Origin: Chloroflexota bacterium
GTDB taxonomy: Bacteria; Chloroflexota; Limnocylindria; Limnocylindrales; CSP1-4
Assembly: GCA_044506615.1 (NCBI GenBank)
Contig: JBIQKJ010000010.1
Span: 68,440-132,439 of the forward strand
Length of the DNA: 64,000 bases
Direction: 5' to 3'
Within the stretch, counting starts at the first letter, position 1; the number at the start of each line of letters is the position of its first letter. The notes under the pieces were generated by a model that saw nothing but the letters and a program-made list of their open reading frames with translations, did no database searches and was not told the origin of the DNA. Positions 1 to 8,793 of the stretch are shown piece by piece. A program made the position numbers and the translations under genes.

Positions 1-451
1 CGACTTCACCGCGATCTACGGCTTCCTCGAGACTGCGATCGGCGTCGGCAACCTGGTCGGCGGCTTCGTGATCGGGCTCGTCGGCGCGCGATTGGCCAAG
101 GGCTACATGGTGATCGCCGGCTACTCGGCGATGGGCTTCGCGATGCTGCTGCTCGCGTTCTCGGGCGACCTCGGGCTCTCGCTCGGGCTCATGTTCGGCA
201 TCGGCGTCGCGAACATGATCTTCGTGATCCCGAGCCAGACGCTCTTCCAGGAGCGGACGCCCAACGAGCTGCTCGGCCGGGTCGTGAGCTTCCGGTTCGC
301 GCTGGTCGGCGGCGCGATGACGATCGCGATGGGCGCGGGCGGCATCCTGGCCGAGGTCCTGCCGGTGACCGCGGTCATCGCCGCCTTCGGCATGCTGACG
401 CTGTGGGCCGGCATCGGCGGGTTGTTCGTGCCGGCGATCAGGGACGCGTGA
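1..451 (+). CDS. MFS-type transporter, C-terminal fragment (5' end outside window)
   Basis: Frame open from window edge to TGA 449-451. ORF 68..451 is a run of hydrophobic helices with an MFS-like loop (FQERTPNELLGRVVSFRF). Confidence 0.55.
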   Translation, partial: DFTAIYGFLETAIGVGNLVGGFVIGLVGARLAKGYMVIAGYSAMGFAMLLLAFSGDLGLSLGLMFGIGVANMIFVIPSQTLFQERTPNELLGRVVSFRFALVGGAMTIAMGAGGILAEVLPVTAVIAAFGMLTLWAGIGGLFVPAIRDA

Positions 452-563
452 CGGCCGATCGCCACTTCGCGAGACGGGACGGCCGCGGATCGGCTTCGCT
501 ACACTGGCGACCGCGCCGAGGCGCCCGAGGGCGGCCCGCGCCGACGAAGGAGACCTTCACCGC

Positions 564-1193
564 ATGACCGATCGACCGGGCACGCCCGACGAGCCGCTGC
601 CCGAGGGCACCGAGCCCGAGCCGACCGACACGACCGACGCCACCGACGCGCTCGAGACCTCCGACGCGCTCGCCGACGCCGACGCCGATGCGGTCGACGA
701 GGAGACCCTCGAGGCTGAGGCGGAGGACCTCGCTGCCGGCGAGGCCGACGACCTCGAGGCGGAGGTCTTCGAGACCGAGGAAGAGGCCGCGGCCGAGGAG
801 GCGCTGCGCGCCGAGGAGGATGCCGCGATCGCGGTCGGGGGCGCGGCAGGAGCGGCCGCCGCCGAACGCGCCGCCGAACGCCGGGAGCGCCGCCGGCTCG
901 GGTCGATCCAGAGCGGGGCACTGCCGACCGAGGGCGCCGTCCGCATCCGCGACGACGTCTCGAAGTGGTTCGTGATCCTGACCGTCGTCGTGTTCCTCGC
1001 GATCCTCGCGAACGGGTTCCTGCTCGGTCGCGGCGGGCTGTTCGCCCCGGCTCCGACGCCGCGACCGTCCCCGGCTGCGACCGCGAGCCCGGCCGCATCG
1101 GGGTCACCGACGGCGTCGGAGGGTGCAAGCCCCGCGGCCGCGTCACCGTCCCCGGCCGCATCGCCGTCGGCCGCCGCGTCCGCGTCGCCGTAG
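564..1193 (+). CDS. Hypothetical single-pass membrane protein, acidic N-terminal and Ala/Ser/Pro-rich C-terminal low-complexity regions
   Basis: ATG 564 preceded by AAGGAG (547-552). D/E/A/T-rich first ~110 aa, basic RRERRR, one TM helix (WFVILTVVVFLAILANGFLL), then PA/PS repeats. Confidence 0.5.
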   Translation: MTDRPGTPDEPLPEGTEPEPTDTTDATDALETSDALADADADAVDEETLEAEAEDLAAGEADDLEAEVFETEEEAAAEEALRAEEDAAIAVGGAAGAAAAERAAERRERRRLGSIQSGALPTEGAVRIRDDVSKWFVILTVVVFLAILANGFLLGRGGLFAPAPTPRPSPAATASPAASGSPTASEGASPAAASPSPAASPSAAASASP

Positions 1194-1314
1194 GGGGTCG
1201 GGTCTCGTCGGATCGGCCCCCGCGTGCCTCGTCTCGGCCCCCGGTCAGCCCCGAGCTTCGAACGCGCGCGGCGTAGCATCGTCGCTGCAACTCCGCGACG
1301 GAGTCCCCCGACCG

Positions 1315-2004
1315 ATGCGCGAGCGCCTCGAACGTATCCTCCGGACCATGACCGGTCCCGGCGACCCGGCCGACGCGCGAGCGGCGATGGTCGCCAACCA
1401 GCTGCGCACGCGCGGGATCGCCGATGAGCGCGTGCTGGCCGCGATGGCGTCGGTGCCGCGCGAGCGGTTCGTCGACGAGCGCCAGCGCTCCTGGGCCTAC
1501 GCCGACGAGGCGCTGCCGATCGAGGCCGGCCAGACCATCAGCCAGCCCTACGTCGTCGCGCGCATGACCGAGCTCCTCGCGCCGCGCGAGCACGATCGCA
1601 TCCTCGAGATCGGCACGGGCTCCGGCTACCAGGCGGCGGTGCTGGCCGCGCTCGGGTGTCGGGTGCTGTCGATCGAGCGTCACGCCAGCCTTGCCGACCA
1701 GGCGCGCGAGCGGCTGGCGTCGGTGGGGCTCGGCGACGCGGTCGAGATCCGGGTCGGCGACGGCAGCCTCGGCGCGCCGGATGCGGCGCCGTTCGACGGG
1801 ATCGTCGTGACCGCCGCTGCGCCGGCCGTGCCGCACAGCCTGCGCGAGCAGCTCGCCGACGGGGCCCGGCTCGTGGTCCCGGTCGGCGAGCGACGGCACC
1901 AGCAGCTCATCGTCGTGACGTGCCACGGCAACGAATGGACGGAGCACTCGGACGGGGCGGTGGTGTTCGTGCCGCTGATCGGCGACGAGGGCTGGTCGGA
2001 CTAA
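1315..2004 (+). CDS. pcm: Protein-L-isoaspartate O-methyltransferase
   Basis: ATG 1315 inside ORF 1123..2004. Motifs GQTISQPYVVA, ILEIGTGSGYQAAVLA (SAM-binding), DGIVVTAAAP. Confidence 0.9.
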   Translation: MRERLERILRTMTGPGDPADARAAMVANQLRTRGIADERVLAAMASVPRERFVDERQRSWAYADEALPIEAGQTISQPYVVARMTELLAPREHDRILEIGTGSGYQAAVLAALGCRVLSIERHASLADQARERLASVGLGDAVEIRVGDGSLGAPDAAPFDGIVVTAAAPAVPHSLREQLADGARLVVPVGERRHQQLIVVTCHGNEWTEHSDGAVVFVPLIGDEGWSD

Positions 2005-2276
2005 GCCCGCGGCGAGCCTCGCCGGTCATGGAGTCGGGCGAGCCTCCTGCCCGACCGGATGCGGTCGACGTAGGCCTCGCCGGTCTCGCCTCGGTCGCGC
2101 CAGGCACCGAAAGACGCGTCGATCGCCGCCAGGAGCTCATCACGTCGGGGCTCCGCAACGTACACCCGCTCGATCGCCTGGCGAATGAGGTCAGACCTGG
2201 TCCGTCCGAGGCGCGTCGCCTCGCGGTCGAGCGCCGCGATCTGGGCGCTGCTCAGGCTGACTGTGGTGCGCTCCAT
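2001..2276 (-). CDS. Ribbon-helix-helix (CopG/Arc-type) DNA-binding protein, antitoxin-like, no partner toxin adjacent
   Basis: ATG at 2276 (MERTTVSLSSAQIAALDREATRLGRTRSDLIRQAIERVY) gives a strand-helix-helix pattern. Its stop TAG (2001-2003) overlaps the pcm stop TAA (2002-2004) on the opposite strand. Confidence 0.7.
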   Translation of the reverse strand: MERTTVSLSSAQIAALDREATRLGRTRSDLIRQAIERVYVAEPRRDELLAAIDASFGAWRDRGETGEAYVDRIRSGRRLARLHDRRGSPRA

Positions 2277-2359
2277 GGTGGAGGTATACCTCGCAGCGGG
2301 ACCGCCGTCCATCGCGGGCCAGGCCCCATGAGTCCGGGTCGGGTGGCCCGTCGGTCCGG

Positions 2360-4600
2360 TTGCTCCGCCGATCCGACTGTCCCACACTGCCGCCCGTGGT
2401 CGTCCTGTTCAGCACTGCAATCCTGCTTTCGGCTGCCCTCGTCTTCATGGTCCAGCCGATGATCGCGAAGGCGGTCCTGCCCACCTTCGGTGGTACTCCG
2501 CAGGTCTGGACGGCGTCGATGCTGTTCTTCCAGGCGGCACTGCTCGCCGGGTACGGGTACTCGCATGTCGCGACGCGGCGGCTGGCCGTCCGGCCACAGG
2601 CCGCGATCCACGTGGTCGTGATGCTGCTGCCGCTCCTGGTCCTGCCGATCGCCCTTCGCGGGGTCGACGTCGTGGACGGTGCGGCGCCCGCCCTTGCCGT
2701 GGTCGGGATCCTCGCCCTCAGCGTCGGCCTCCCGTACGTGGTGGCCTCGACGACCAGTCCGCTGATCCAGCGGTGGTTCTCTCTCACCGGGCACCGACAC
2801 GCAGCCGACCCGTACTTCCTGTACGCCGCGAGCAACGTCGGGAGCCTCGCCGGGCTCCTCGCCTACCCATTCCTCGTGGAGCCGAACCTGCGCCTCGCTG
2901 ATCAAGGCCTGCTGTGGTCGATCGGCTACGCGCTGTTCATCGTCGCGGCCGCAGCCTGCGCCGTTGTCGTCGCGCGGACCGCCCGGGCAGCTCCGGCCCC
3001 TGCCGATCTGACGACGACTGATGTCGCCGGCGACCCGCAGGAAGCCGAGGTCGCGGCGACTGATGTCGCGCCGACGTGGCGTCGACGCGCGACCTGGGTC
3101 TTCAAGGCGTTCATCCCCTCGAGCCTGCTGCTCGGCGTGACGACCCACGTGCAGACCGACGTCGCGGCCGTTCCCCTGCTCTGGGTCATCCCGCTCTCGC
3201 TGTACCTGCTGACTTTCATCGTCGCCTTCTCGCCTCGGAGGCCCTTCGGGCCGGCGGGTGCAGCGCGGGTGCTTCCATTCGCGGTCGTGCTGACCGTGCT
3301 GACGTTCTTCCGCGTCATTCCGTTGCCGATCTGGGCGAACGTCGCCATCCACGACATCACGTTCTTCATCGCGGCGATGGTTGCGCACGGACAGCTCGCC
3401 GACGACCGACCGAGCCCGCGCCACCTCACGGGGTTCTACCTGCTCCTCGCCGTCGGCGGCGCCCTCGGCGGCATCTTCAACGCGCTGATCGCGCCACTCG
3501 TGTTCGACCAGGTGCTCGAGTACCCGCTGCTGCTCGTGATCGCCCTGCTCCTCCGGCAAGCACGATCTCGACCCGAACGGACCGCACGCCAGGCTCGGCG
3601 CGCGCTGCTCACCGACCTCGTCGTCCCCGCGCTCTACCTCGTCGTGCTTCTGGCCGGTCTCGCCTATCTGCCATTGGGCGAGGACGGGGCCGCCGTTTGG
3701 GCGACATTGGTCACCGGGGCCACCCTGGTGACGGTCCCGTGGCCGCGTCGATTCGCGCTTGCGACGGGAGCGGTTCTCGCAGTGACGTTTCTCTCGAGCG
3801 CGGGCGGGCTGTTTGCGGATCGGACCTTCTTCGGCGTGAACCGGGTGATCGAGGACGATGCCGGCAGGCACATCTACCTCAGCGGCGCGACGATCCACGG
3901 GGTTCAGCGCTGGGAGCCGGGCGGGGGTCGTCAGCCGCTCAGCTACTACCATCCCACTGGCCCGGCCGGGCAACTCTTCGACCGGTTCCGATCGGATCCC
4001 GCCGTCACGGACGTGGCGATCATCGGGCTCGGCGCGGGCGGCCTCGCGGCGTACAACGAGGCCCACCAGCGGTACGTGTTCTACGAGATCGACCCCGTGG
4101 TGGTGGACATCGCGAGGGACCCGACGCTCTTTACGTTCCTCGCCGATGCGCCCGGTACCGTCGAGGTCATCGAGGGTGACGGCCGCCTGGAGATCGAGCG
4201 CGCGCCCGACGCGTCGTATGACGTCATCGTGCTGGATGCATTCAGCTCGGACGCGATCCCCGCGCATCTGGTGACCCGCGAGGCGATCGGGGTCTACCTG
4301 GCGAAGCTCAAGCCCGGTGGGGTGCTCGTCGCGAATGTGTCCAATGCGTACCTCGATGTCGCCTCGGTCGTCGCGGCGGCCGCCGCGGCCAACGATCTCG
4401 CCGGCTTTGTTCGCACCGACGCTGACCTCGACGATGTCCCGGCCGGTGACAAGGAGGCCTCGTCGTGGATTGCCGCGAGCCGGGAACGTGCGCCGATCGC
4501 GCACCTCGAGAGCGACGAGCGCTGGGTGGATCTCTCCGAGGTCGATCGCGGCAACCTCTGGACCGACGACTTCTCGGACATCCTCAGCGTCATCCGCTGA
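2360..4600 (+). CDS. Polytopic membrane protein fused to spermidine-synthase-like (class I Rossmann) domain
   Basis: N-terminal multi-TM block. C-terminal IIGLGAGGLAAY ... DVIVLDAFSSDAIPAHL ... LKPGGVLV. TTG 2360 start is uncertain (GTG 2396 is also possible). Confidence 0.8.
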   Translation: MLRRSDCPTLPPVVVLFSTAILLSAALVFMVQPMIAKAVLPTFGGTPQVWTASMLFFQAALLAGYGYSHVATRRLAVRPQAAIHVVVMLLPLLVLPIALRGVDVVDGAAPALAVVGILALSVGLPYVVASTTSPLIQRWFSLTGHRHAADPYFLYAASNVGSLAGLLAYPFLVEPNLRLADQGLLWSIGYALFIVAAAACAVVVARTARAAPAPADLTTTDVAGDPQEAEVAATDVAPTWRRRATWVFKAFIPSSLLLGVTTHVQTDVAAVPLLWVIPLSLYLLTFIVAFSPRRPFGPAGAARVLPFAVVLTVLTFFRVIPLPIWANVAIHDITFFIAAMVAHGQLADDRPSPRHLTGFYLLLAVGGALGGIFNALIAPLVFDQVLEYPLLLVIALLLRQARSRPERTARQARRALLTDLVVPALYLVVLLAGLAYLPLGEDGAAVWATLVTGATLVTVPWPRRFALATGAVLAVTFLSSAGGLFADRTFFGVNRVIEDDAGRHIYLSGATIHGVQRWEPGGGRQPLSYYHPTGPAGQLFDRFRSDPAVTDVAIIGLGAGGLAAYNEAHQRYVFYEIDPVVVDIARDPTLFTFLADAPGTVEVIEGDGRLEIERAPDASYDVIVLDAFSSDAIPAHLVTREAIGVYLAKLKPGGVLVANVSNAYLDVASVVAAAAAANDLAGFVRTDADLDDVPAGDKEASSWIAASRERAPIAHLESDERWVDLSEVDRGNLWTDDFSDILSVIR

Positions 4601-4615
4601 GGGCCCCCGCCTCGG

Positions 4616-4621
4616 TATACT
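4616..4621 (+). promoter_or_regulatory. Candidate -10 box TATACT, 9 nt upstream of ATG 4631 (near-leaderless transcript)
   Basis: TATACT stands out in GC-rich DNA. No Shine-Dalgarno sequence lies between it and the ATG. Confidence 0.4.
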
Positions 4622-4630
4622 CGGCCGGCA

Positions 4631-5707
4631 ATGACCCACGTCTTCGTCGCGCCCCACCCCGACGACGTCGCCCTCTCCTGCGGCGGCCTCATCGCCTCGC
4701 TCCGTGAGCTCGGACAGAACGTCACGATCCTGACCGTCTTCTCCGGGACCGGCGCCGGCAACGGCAACCTGACCGACTACCAGCGGGAGGCCCTCGGCTT
4801 CGGCACCAAGGCCATGTGGCCGACGACCGAGGCGTTCAACCGCTCCGCGATCCTCGCCGACTACCCGGACGCTGCGCTCGTCCCCGCGTGGGCGGCCGAC
4901 GAGGATCGGCTCGAGGCCACCCAGGCCGATGCCGACGCTGCCGCGAAGCGGTTCTGGCAGCGCTCCTCGTGGTATCGACGCGCGAGCATCCGCAACGTCG
5001 CGCTCGCAGGCCAGCGGGTCATGGACGACGTCTCCACGCAGGGCCCGATCTACACGGACGGCATCGTCGAGGCGGCGCTGGCAGGCGATCTCATGGCCCG
5101 CCGCCGGGTCGAGGACGAGCGGTATGCCTACTTCGCCGAGGCCGCGATCGTCTTCCTCGACCTCCCCGACGCGGTCTTCCGCGGCTACGAGGGCGACGAC
5201 CAGCTGCTGTCCGCTCCCCGGCCCGACGACGACGCGCCGTACGAGGCCCTCCGGCGGGAGATCGTCCGGCTCGAGCCGCAGAAGATCTACTTCCCGCTCG
5301 GGATCGGCGGCCATGTCGACCACCAGCTGTGCCGGAACGTCGGCGTGCGGATGCTCGCCGAGGGTCGGGGCTGGGTCATGCCCGGGCCCGATTACGCCGG
5401 GATGACCGTGTTCTACGAGGACTTCCCGTACGCATGGTGGGAAGACTTCCGGCGGATCGAGGACCTCGGCCTGGGCGCGCTCGCCGGCTTCCCGGAGGAC
5501 CTCACGCTCGCGCCGCAGTACGCCGACGTGACCGATCAGATCGAGCGGAAGATCACCGGCATCTCGATCTACGAGAGCCAGCTCGAGCGCCTCTTCGACA
5601 GCCCCAAGGAGATGGGCGACGCGGTCCGCAGCTTCGGCAAGATCGTGGCCGAGCTCGGCAACGTGGCCGGCCTCGCCGAGCGCTACTGGGCGACCGCGCG
5701 AGTCTAA
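4631..5707 (+). CDS. PIG-L/LmbE family N-acetylglucosaminyl deacetylase with long insertion
   Basis: N-terminal VAPHPDDVALSCGG and a later GGHVDHQ motif typical of the PIG-L family. Confidence 0.8.
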   Translation: MTHVFVAPHPDDVALSCGGLIASLRELGQNVTILTVFSGTGAGNGNLTDYQREALGFGTKAMWPTTEAFNRSAILADYPDAALVPAWAADEDRLEATQADADAAAKRFWQRSSWYRRASIRNVALAGQRVMDDVSTQGPIYTDGIVEAALAGDLMARRRVEDERYAYFAEAAIVFLDLPDAVFRGYEGDDQLLSAPRPDDDAPYEALRREIVRLEPQKIYFPLGIGGHVDHQLCRNVGVRMLAEGRGWVMPGPDYAGMTVFYEDFPYAWWEDFRRIEDLGLGALAGFPEDLTLAPQYADVTDQIERKITGISIYESQLERLFDSPKEMGDAVRSFGKIVAELGNVAGLAERYWATARV

Positions 5708-6522
5708 ACGCGCTCCTTGCGCCTGCCGATCCACGCGATGATCGGCACAAGGAGCACGGGTACGCTCGTTACCGAGTAGAACAGCCCGCCGCCTCGCGAG
5801 TCCAGGACCACGCGAGGGTAGTCGAGCGTCGCACCAACGAAGGGGACTGACGCAAGGCCGAGGACCGCGAGGCCGATCCACCACCCGCGGCTCCGGATCC
5901 CGATCAGCGCGAACGGCGCCAGCGAGGGTTTGAGCAGCACGAGGACGCCCGGCCACCCGCGGAGATGCGCGAGCGCGAGGAACGCCGCAATCCAGAGCGA
6001 TGGGTTGGCGAAGACGACGTAGAGCAGCGTTACCGGATAGGCGATGCACAGCGCGAGAAGCGGCCGCGTCCATGCGGCGGGTCGCACCCGCCAAATGAAC
6101 CAGCCAAGAATGGCTATCGGCGCTGCGGTGAAGGTCCACGCCGGCAGGACCAGCCAAGGGAGGAAGAGCCAGGCGACGACGGGCGGATAGAGGACGTCCC
6201 CATGAACGATCGGGTAGGGACCGGAGAGCTGTCTCGAGAGGTACCAGTCGCCGTCAGCGAGGATTCGTGCCGTCGCGTCTCGATAGATCAGCAGGTCGTC
6301 GAAGAGGACCCGGGACCAGCCGACGCGATGACCGGCCATCGCGAAGATCGCGAGCCCAACGACGACGAACAGCACCGACAACCCGAGCGCGAGAGGACCT
6401 CCCCAGCGCAGGACAAGAGGCCGTGCAACCTCCGTGACGCGAACCCTCGGCTGCCACACCTGCGGAGGGGTTCCACTGAACGCACGTCGCGTGGTACGGC
6501 CTAGTTTGATCTCGAGTGCCAC
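5704..6522 (-). CDS. DUF2029/GT87-like polytopic membrane protein (putative GT-C glycosyltransferase)
   Basis: About 8 TM helices. Loop motif FDDLLIYRDATARILADGDWY follows TM1. GTG start at 6522 is uncertain. Confidence 0.6.
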   Translation of the reverse strand: MALEIKLGRTTRRAFSGTPPQVWQPRVRVTEVARPLVLRWGGPLALGLSVLFVVVGLAIFAMAGHRVGWSRVLFDDLLIYRDATARILADGDWYLSRQLSGPYPIVHGDVLYPPVVAWLFLPWLVLPAWTFTAAPIAILGWFIWRVRPAAWTRPLLALCIAYPVTLLYVVFANPSLWIAAFLALAHLRGWPGVLVLLKPSLAPFALIGIRSRGWWIGLAVLGLASVPFVGATLDYPRVVLDSRGGGLFYSVTSVPVLLVPIIAWIGRRKERV

Positions 6523-6710
6523 GGAACCCTTGCCCCTCCGCCGGAACGTCGCGTCACTCAGCGCTCACCGGCCCTTGGTACCAGGGTACAGACAGTACCT
6601 CAGGTGCCACTCTCTGGGCTCGGGATAGCGGCACACTTCGTCGCGTATCGACAGGGAGGCAAAGAACCCTGAACGGCAGTCACGCGCAGTACACCGACCG
6701 ACGATGGACG

Positions 6711-7946
6711 ATGGGGCTCCTGAGCTTGGCAGCGGCCGGCACGGTCGTTGCCACCGTGATCCGGCTCGTCCTCCTTCCGACCGACGGTCTCCGCGGTGAC
6801 ATCGACCAGTTCGTTGGCTGGGTGAACGGGATCGCCACCAACGGTCTCGGCAGGGCATTCGACCAGGAGCTGACGTTTGGGCCCGTGATCGCGTATGTGT
6901 GGGGCCTACTCGGGGCGGTCGAACCTGCCTTCCAAACCGCCACCGACGCGTCCGACCCGTGGATCCGCTCCTTGATGAAGCTGCCCGCGTCGCTCGCCGA
7001 TTTCGGGCTCGCGGCTGGCGTTCTCTACGGCCTCCGTGCCCGGCCCGCGCTCGCGGTGATCGGCGCCCTCGCGATCCTCTTCCAGCCGGCGACTTGGTAC
7101 GTGAGCGCCTGGTGGGGCCAATGGGAGTCGATGTACACGCTCCTCGCGTTGATCGCGGCGCTCTTCGCGATCGGGGGGCGCGACGGCTTCGCAGCGGCGT
7201 TCGTGGCGGCAGCGGTCCTCACGAAGCCGCAGGCGCTGCCCCTCCTCCTGCCATTCGCCGCCTGGTTCCTCGCAAGGGGAGGTTTGGCCGGCTTCCTGCG
7301 AGTCGCCGCGATCGGGCTTGCGACCGCTGCAGTCATCTGGCTCCCCTTCCTGGCGGCGGGTGGTCCCCTTCAATACCTGCGCGGGATTGGTGAGCTGCAG
7401 GACGAGACGTTCTCGATCCTGTCGCTTCGAGCGTGGAATGTGTGGTGGCTCGTGCAGGAGGCGGCTGCGGGCGGCTCGTTCGCATCCGATCGCACCGCAA
7501 TCCTCGGTCCAATCACGTTCCGACACATCGGATACGGGCTAACCGGGTTGCTCAGCCTGTTCGTCGCATTCCAAGTCTGGCGGCATCCACATCCGCGAAC
7601 CCTCGTCCTGGGGCTCGCCGCGGCGACGCTGATCGCATTCACGTTCCTGACCACAATGCACGAGCGCTACGCATACGCGGCGATCGTGTTCCTCTTGCTG
7701 CTGATCGATGACCGGCTGATCCGCGTTCTCGCGATCGCATTTGGCGTCGTCTTCACGCTCAACCTTCTCGCGGCGGTGCCCGCGACGGTGGCGATCAGTC
7801 AGCTGTTGCCGGTGTCGGGACTCGCGGGCATCGTGGGGTCCGGGTTGCTTGTCTCGCTCACGGTTCTTGTGGTCCTGTTGACGGCTGGCTCGAAGCCCGG
7901 CTCCCTGCCGCTTGAGAAGGTCGGTCTCGGCGAGCCCGCTCGGTGA
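6711..7946 (+). CDS. Polytopic membrane protein, GT-C-like (PIG-V/Alg-type mannosyltransferase-like)
   Basis: ATG 6711 inside ORF 6516..7946. Loop GDIDQFVGWVNGIATNG follows TM1, then more than 10 TM helices. Confidence 0.6.
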   Translation: MGLLSLAAAGTVVATVIRLVLLPTDGLRGDIDQFVGWVNGIATNGLGRAFDQELTFGPVIAYVWGLLGAVEPAFQTATDASDPWIRSLMKLPASLADFGLAAGVLYGLRARPALAVIGALAILFQPATWYVSAWWGQWESMYTLLALIAALFAIGGRDGFAAAFVAAAVLTKPQALPLLLPFAAWFLARGGLAGFLRVAAIGLATAAVIWLPFLAAGGPLQYLRGIGELQDETFSILSLRAWNVWWLVQEAAAGGSFASDRTAILGPITFRHIGYGLTGLLSLFVAFQVWRHPHPRTLVLGLAAATLIAFTFLTTMHERYAYAAIVFLLLLIDDRLIRVLAIAFGVVFTLNLLAAVPATVAISQLLPVSGLAGIVGSGLLVSLTVLVVLLTAGSKPGSLPLEKVGLGEPAR

Positions 7947-8793
7947 CGATACGGGAGAACACCGCGTGCGTTGCGACCGCCACCAAGGCAAGGAGCCCCG
8001 CCCCCTTGACTGGCAGCACGACAACCGCCGCCGCAACTGCGCTGCCTGTCGGTAGAACGAGGGTCGCGTAGTACTGCTGAGCGGATGGCCAAAGGGCCGG
8101 AACAGCCAGCCACGCCGCGTTCGCTCGCCCAACTGCCAAGAGGGCCAAAAGGCCGACAGGCGCGAGCGCAAGATGAAGCGGCATTGGAAGGCTCCAGCCC
8201 GCCTGTTCCTCCAGTCGCCCGTTGATCGCAGCAAGCTCCGAGAAGAAGGTGGGCCAAGGCATGAGTGGAACCGTGACAACCAGGATAAGCAGGGTGAAGG
8301 CAACCGGTCTCCATCGACCGAGGATCACGTCGGGCACGATTGCGTAGATCTTGAGCAGCGCAGCCAGTCCCCCTCCGCCCGCCAAGACCAAGGGCACGAG
8401 CAGTCCCTGTACATTCGCCCCGAGCATTGAGTGAACGAGAGGAGGAAAGAGGAGCCACCAAAGTGGTAAGCCCAGCATCCGCACGGTCGCCAGGCATCCG
8501 GCGACGATGAGAGCCGCCAGCACGAAGAGACCTACGGGCTCCGGCAACATCGCGAGTGGCGCCAATGGCAGGAGCGTCGGAGGAGGGGCCGCGAAGAAGA
8601 CCCCGTCGAGCTCGGTTGTCCACGGATTCTGACCGGCCAGCCAGTTTCGCGATGCGGCGAGATAAAGCTCCCCATCCCCGAGAAGGCGATCGCCCCGCAC
8701 GGCCACCTGCTGAACCCCTACCGCCGAAACAGCCGCAAACCACACGGCCAAGCCGTACCTTCGGAACCACCCGGTGACAAACCGAACGTTCAC
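7858..8793 (-). CDS. DUF2029-like small polytopic membrane protein, paralog family A member 1
   Basis: Motifs GDGELYLAASRNWLAGQNPW, FAAPPPTLLPL, LPLWWLLFPPL, LLKIYA, WPSAQQYY. GTG 8793 overlaps the upstream stop (GTGA). Confidence 0.65.
   Translation of the reverse strand: MNVRFVTGWFRRYGLAVWFAAVSAVGVQQVAVRGDRLLGDGELYLAASRNWLAGQNPWTTELDGVFFAAPPPTLLPLAPLAMLPEPVGLFVLAALIVAGCLATVRMLGLPLWWLLFPPLVHSMLGANVQGLLVPLVLAGGGGLAALLKIYAIVPDVILGRWRPVAFTLLILVVTVPLMPWPTFFSELAAINGRLEEQAGWSLPMPLHLALAPVGLLALLAVGRANAAWLAVPALWPSAQQYYATLVLPTGSAVAAAVVVLPVKGAGLLALVAVATHAVFSRIVTERARRDRPSQAAGSRASSQPSTGPQEP

Noticed and set aside
499-1947. 482-aa minus-strand ORF overlapping the acidic membrane protein and pcm
   Set aside because: The translation is overwhelmingly Arg/Pro/Gly/Ala-rich, as expected for an out-of-frame or antisense reading of GC-rich coding DNA. 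It overlaps a clearly recognisable pcm gene on the other strand.
1907-2462. Toxin partner (PIN, RelE or similar) for the RHH protein at 2001..2276
   Set aside because: The only neighbouring ORFs are Arg-rich shadows (1907..2158 minus, 1656..2462 plus). The RHH gene abuts pcm convergently, so no credible toxin gene is present.
2252-6157. 1301-aa minus-strand ORF, the longest in the track
   Set aside because: It is antisense to three motif-supported plus-strand genes (spermidine-synthase-like fusion, PIG-L deacetylase) and to part of another. Its composition is Arg/Asp/Gly/Glu-rich with no recognisable domain, so I treat it as a shadow ORF.
6575-6584. GGTACC-centred palindromes (6575-6584, 59627-59636, 59892-59900) as a shared operator
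   Set aside because: Similar GGTACC-containing palindromes also occur inside coding regions, for example CTGGTACCAG at 9715-9724 and CGGTACCG near 35909. I therefore cannot claim non-random intergenic enrichment. Only the 59627 copy is mentioned, as part of the island description.
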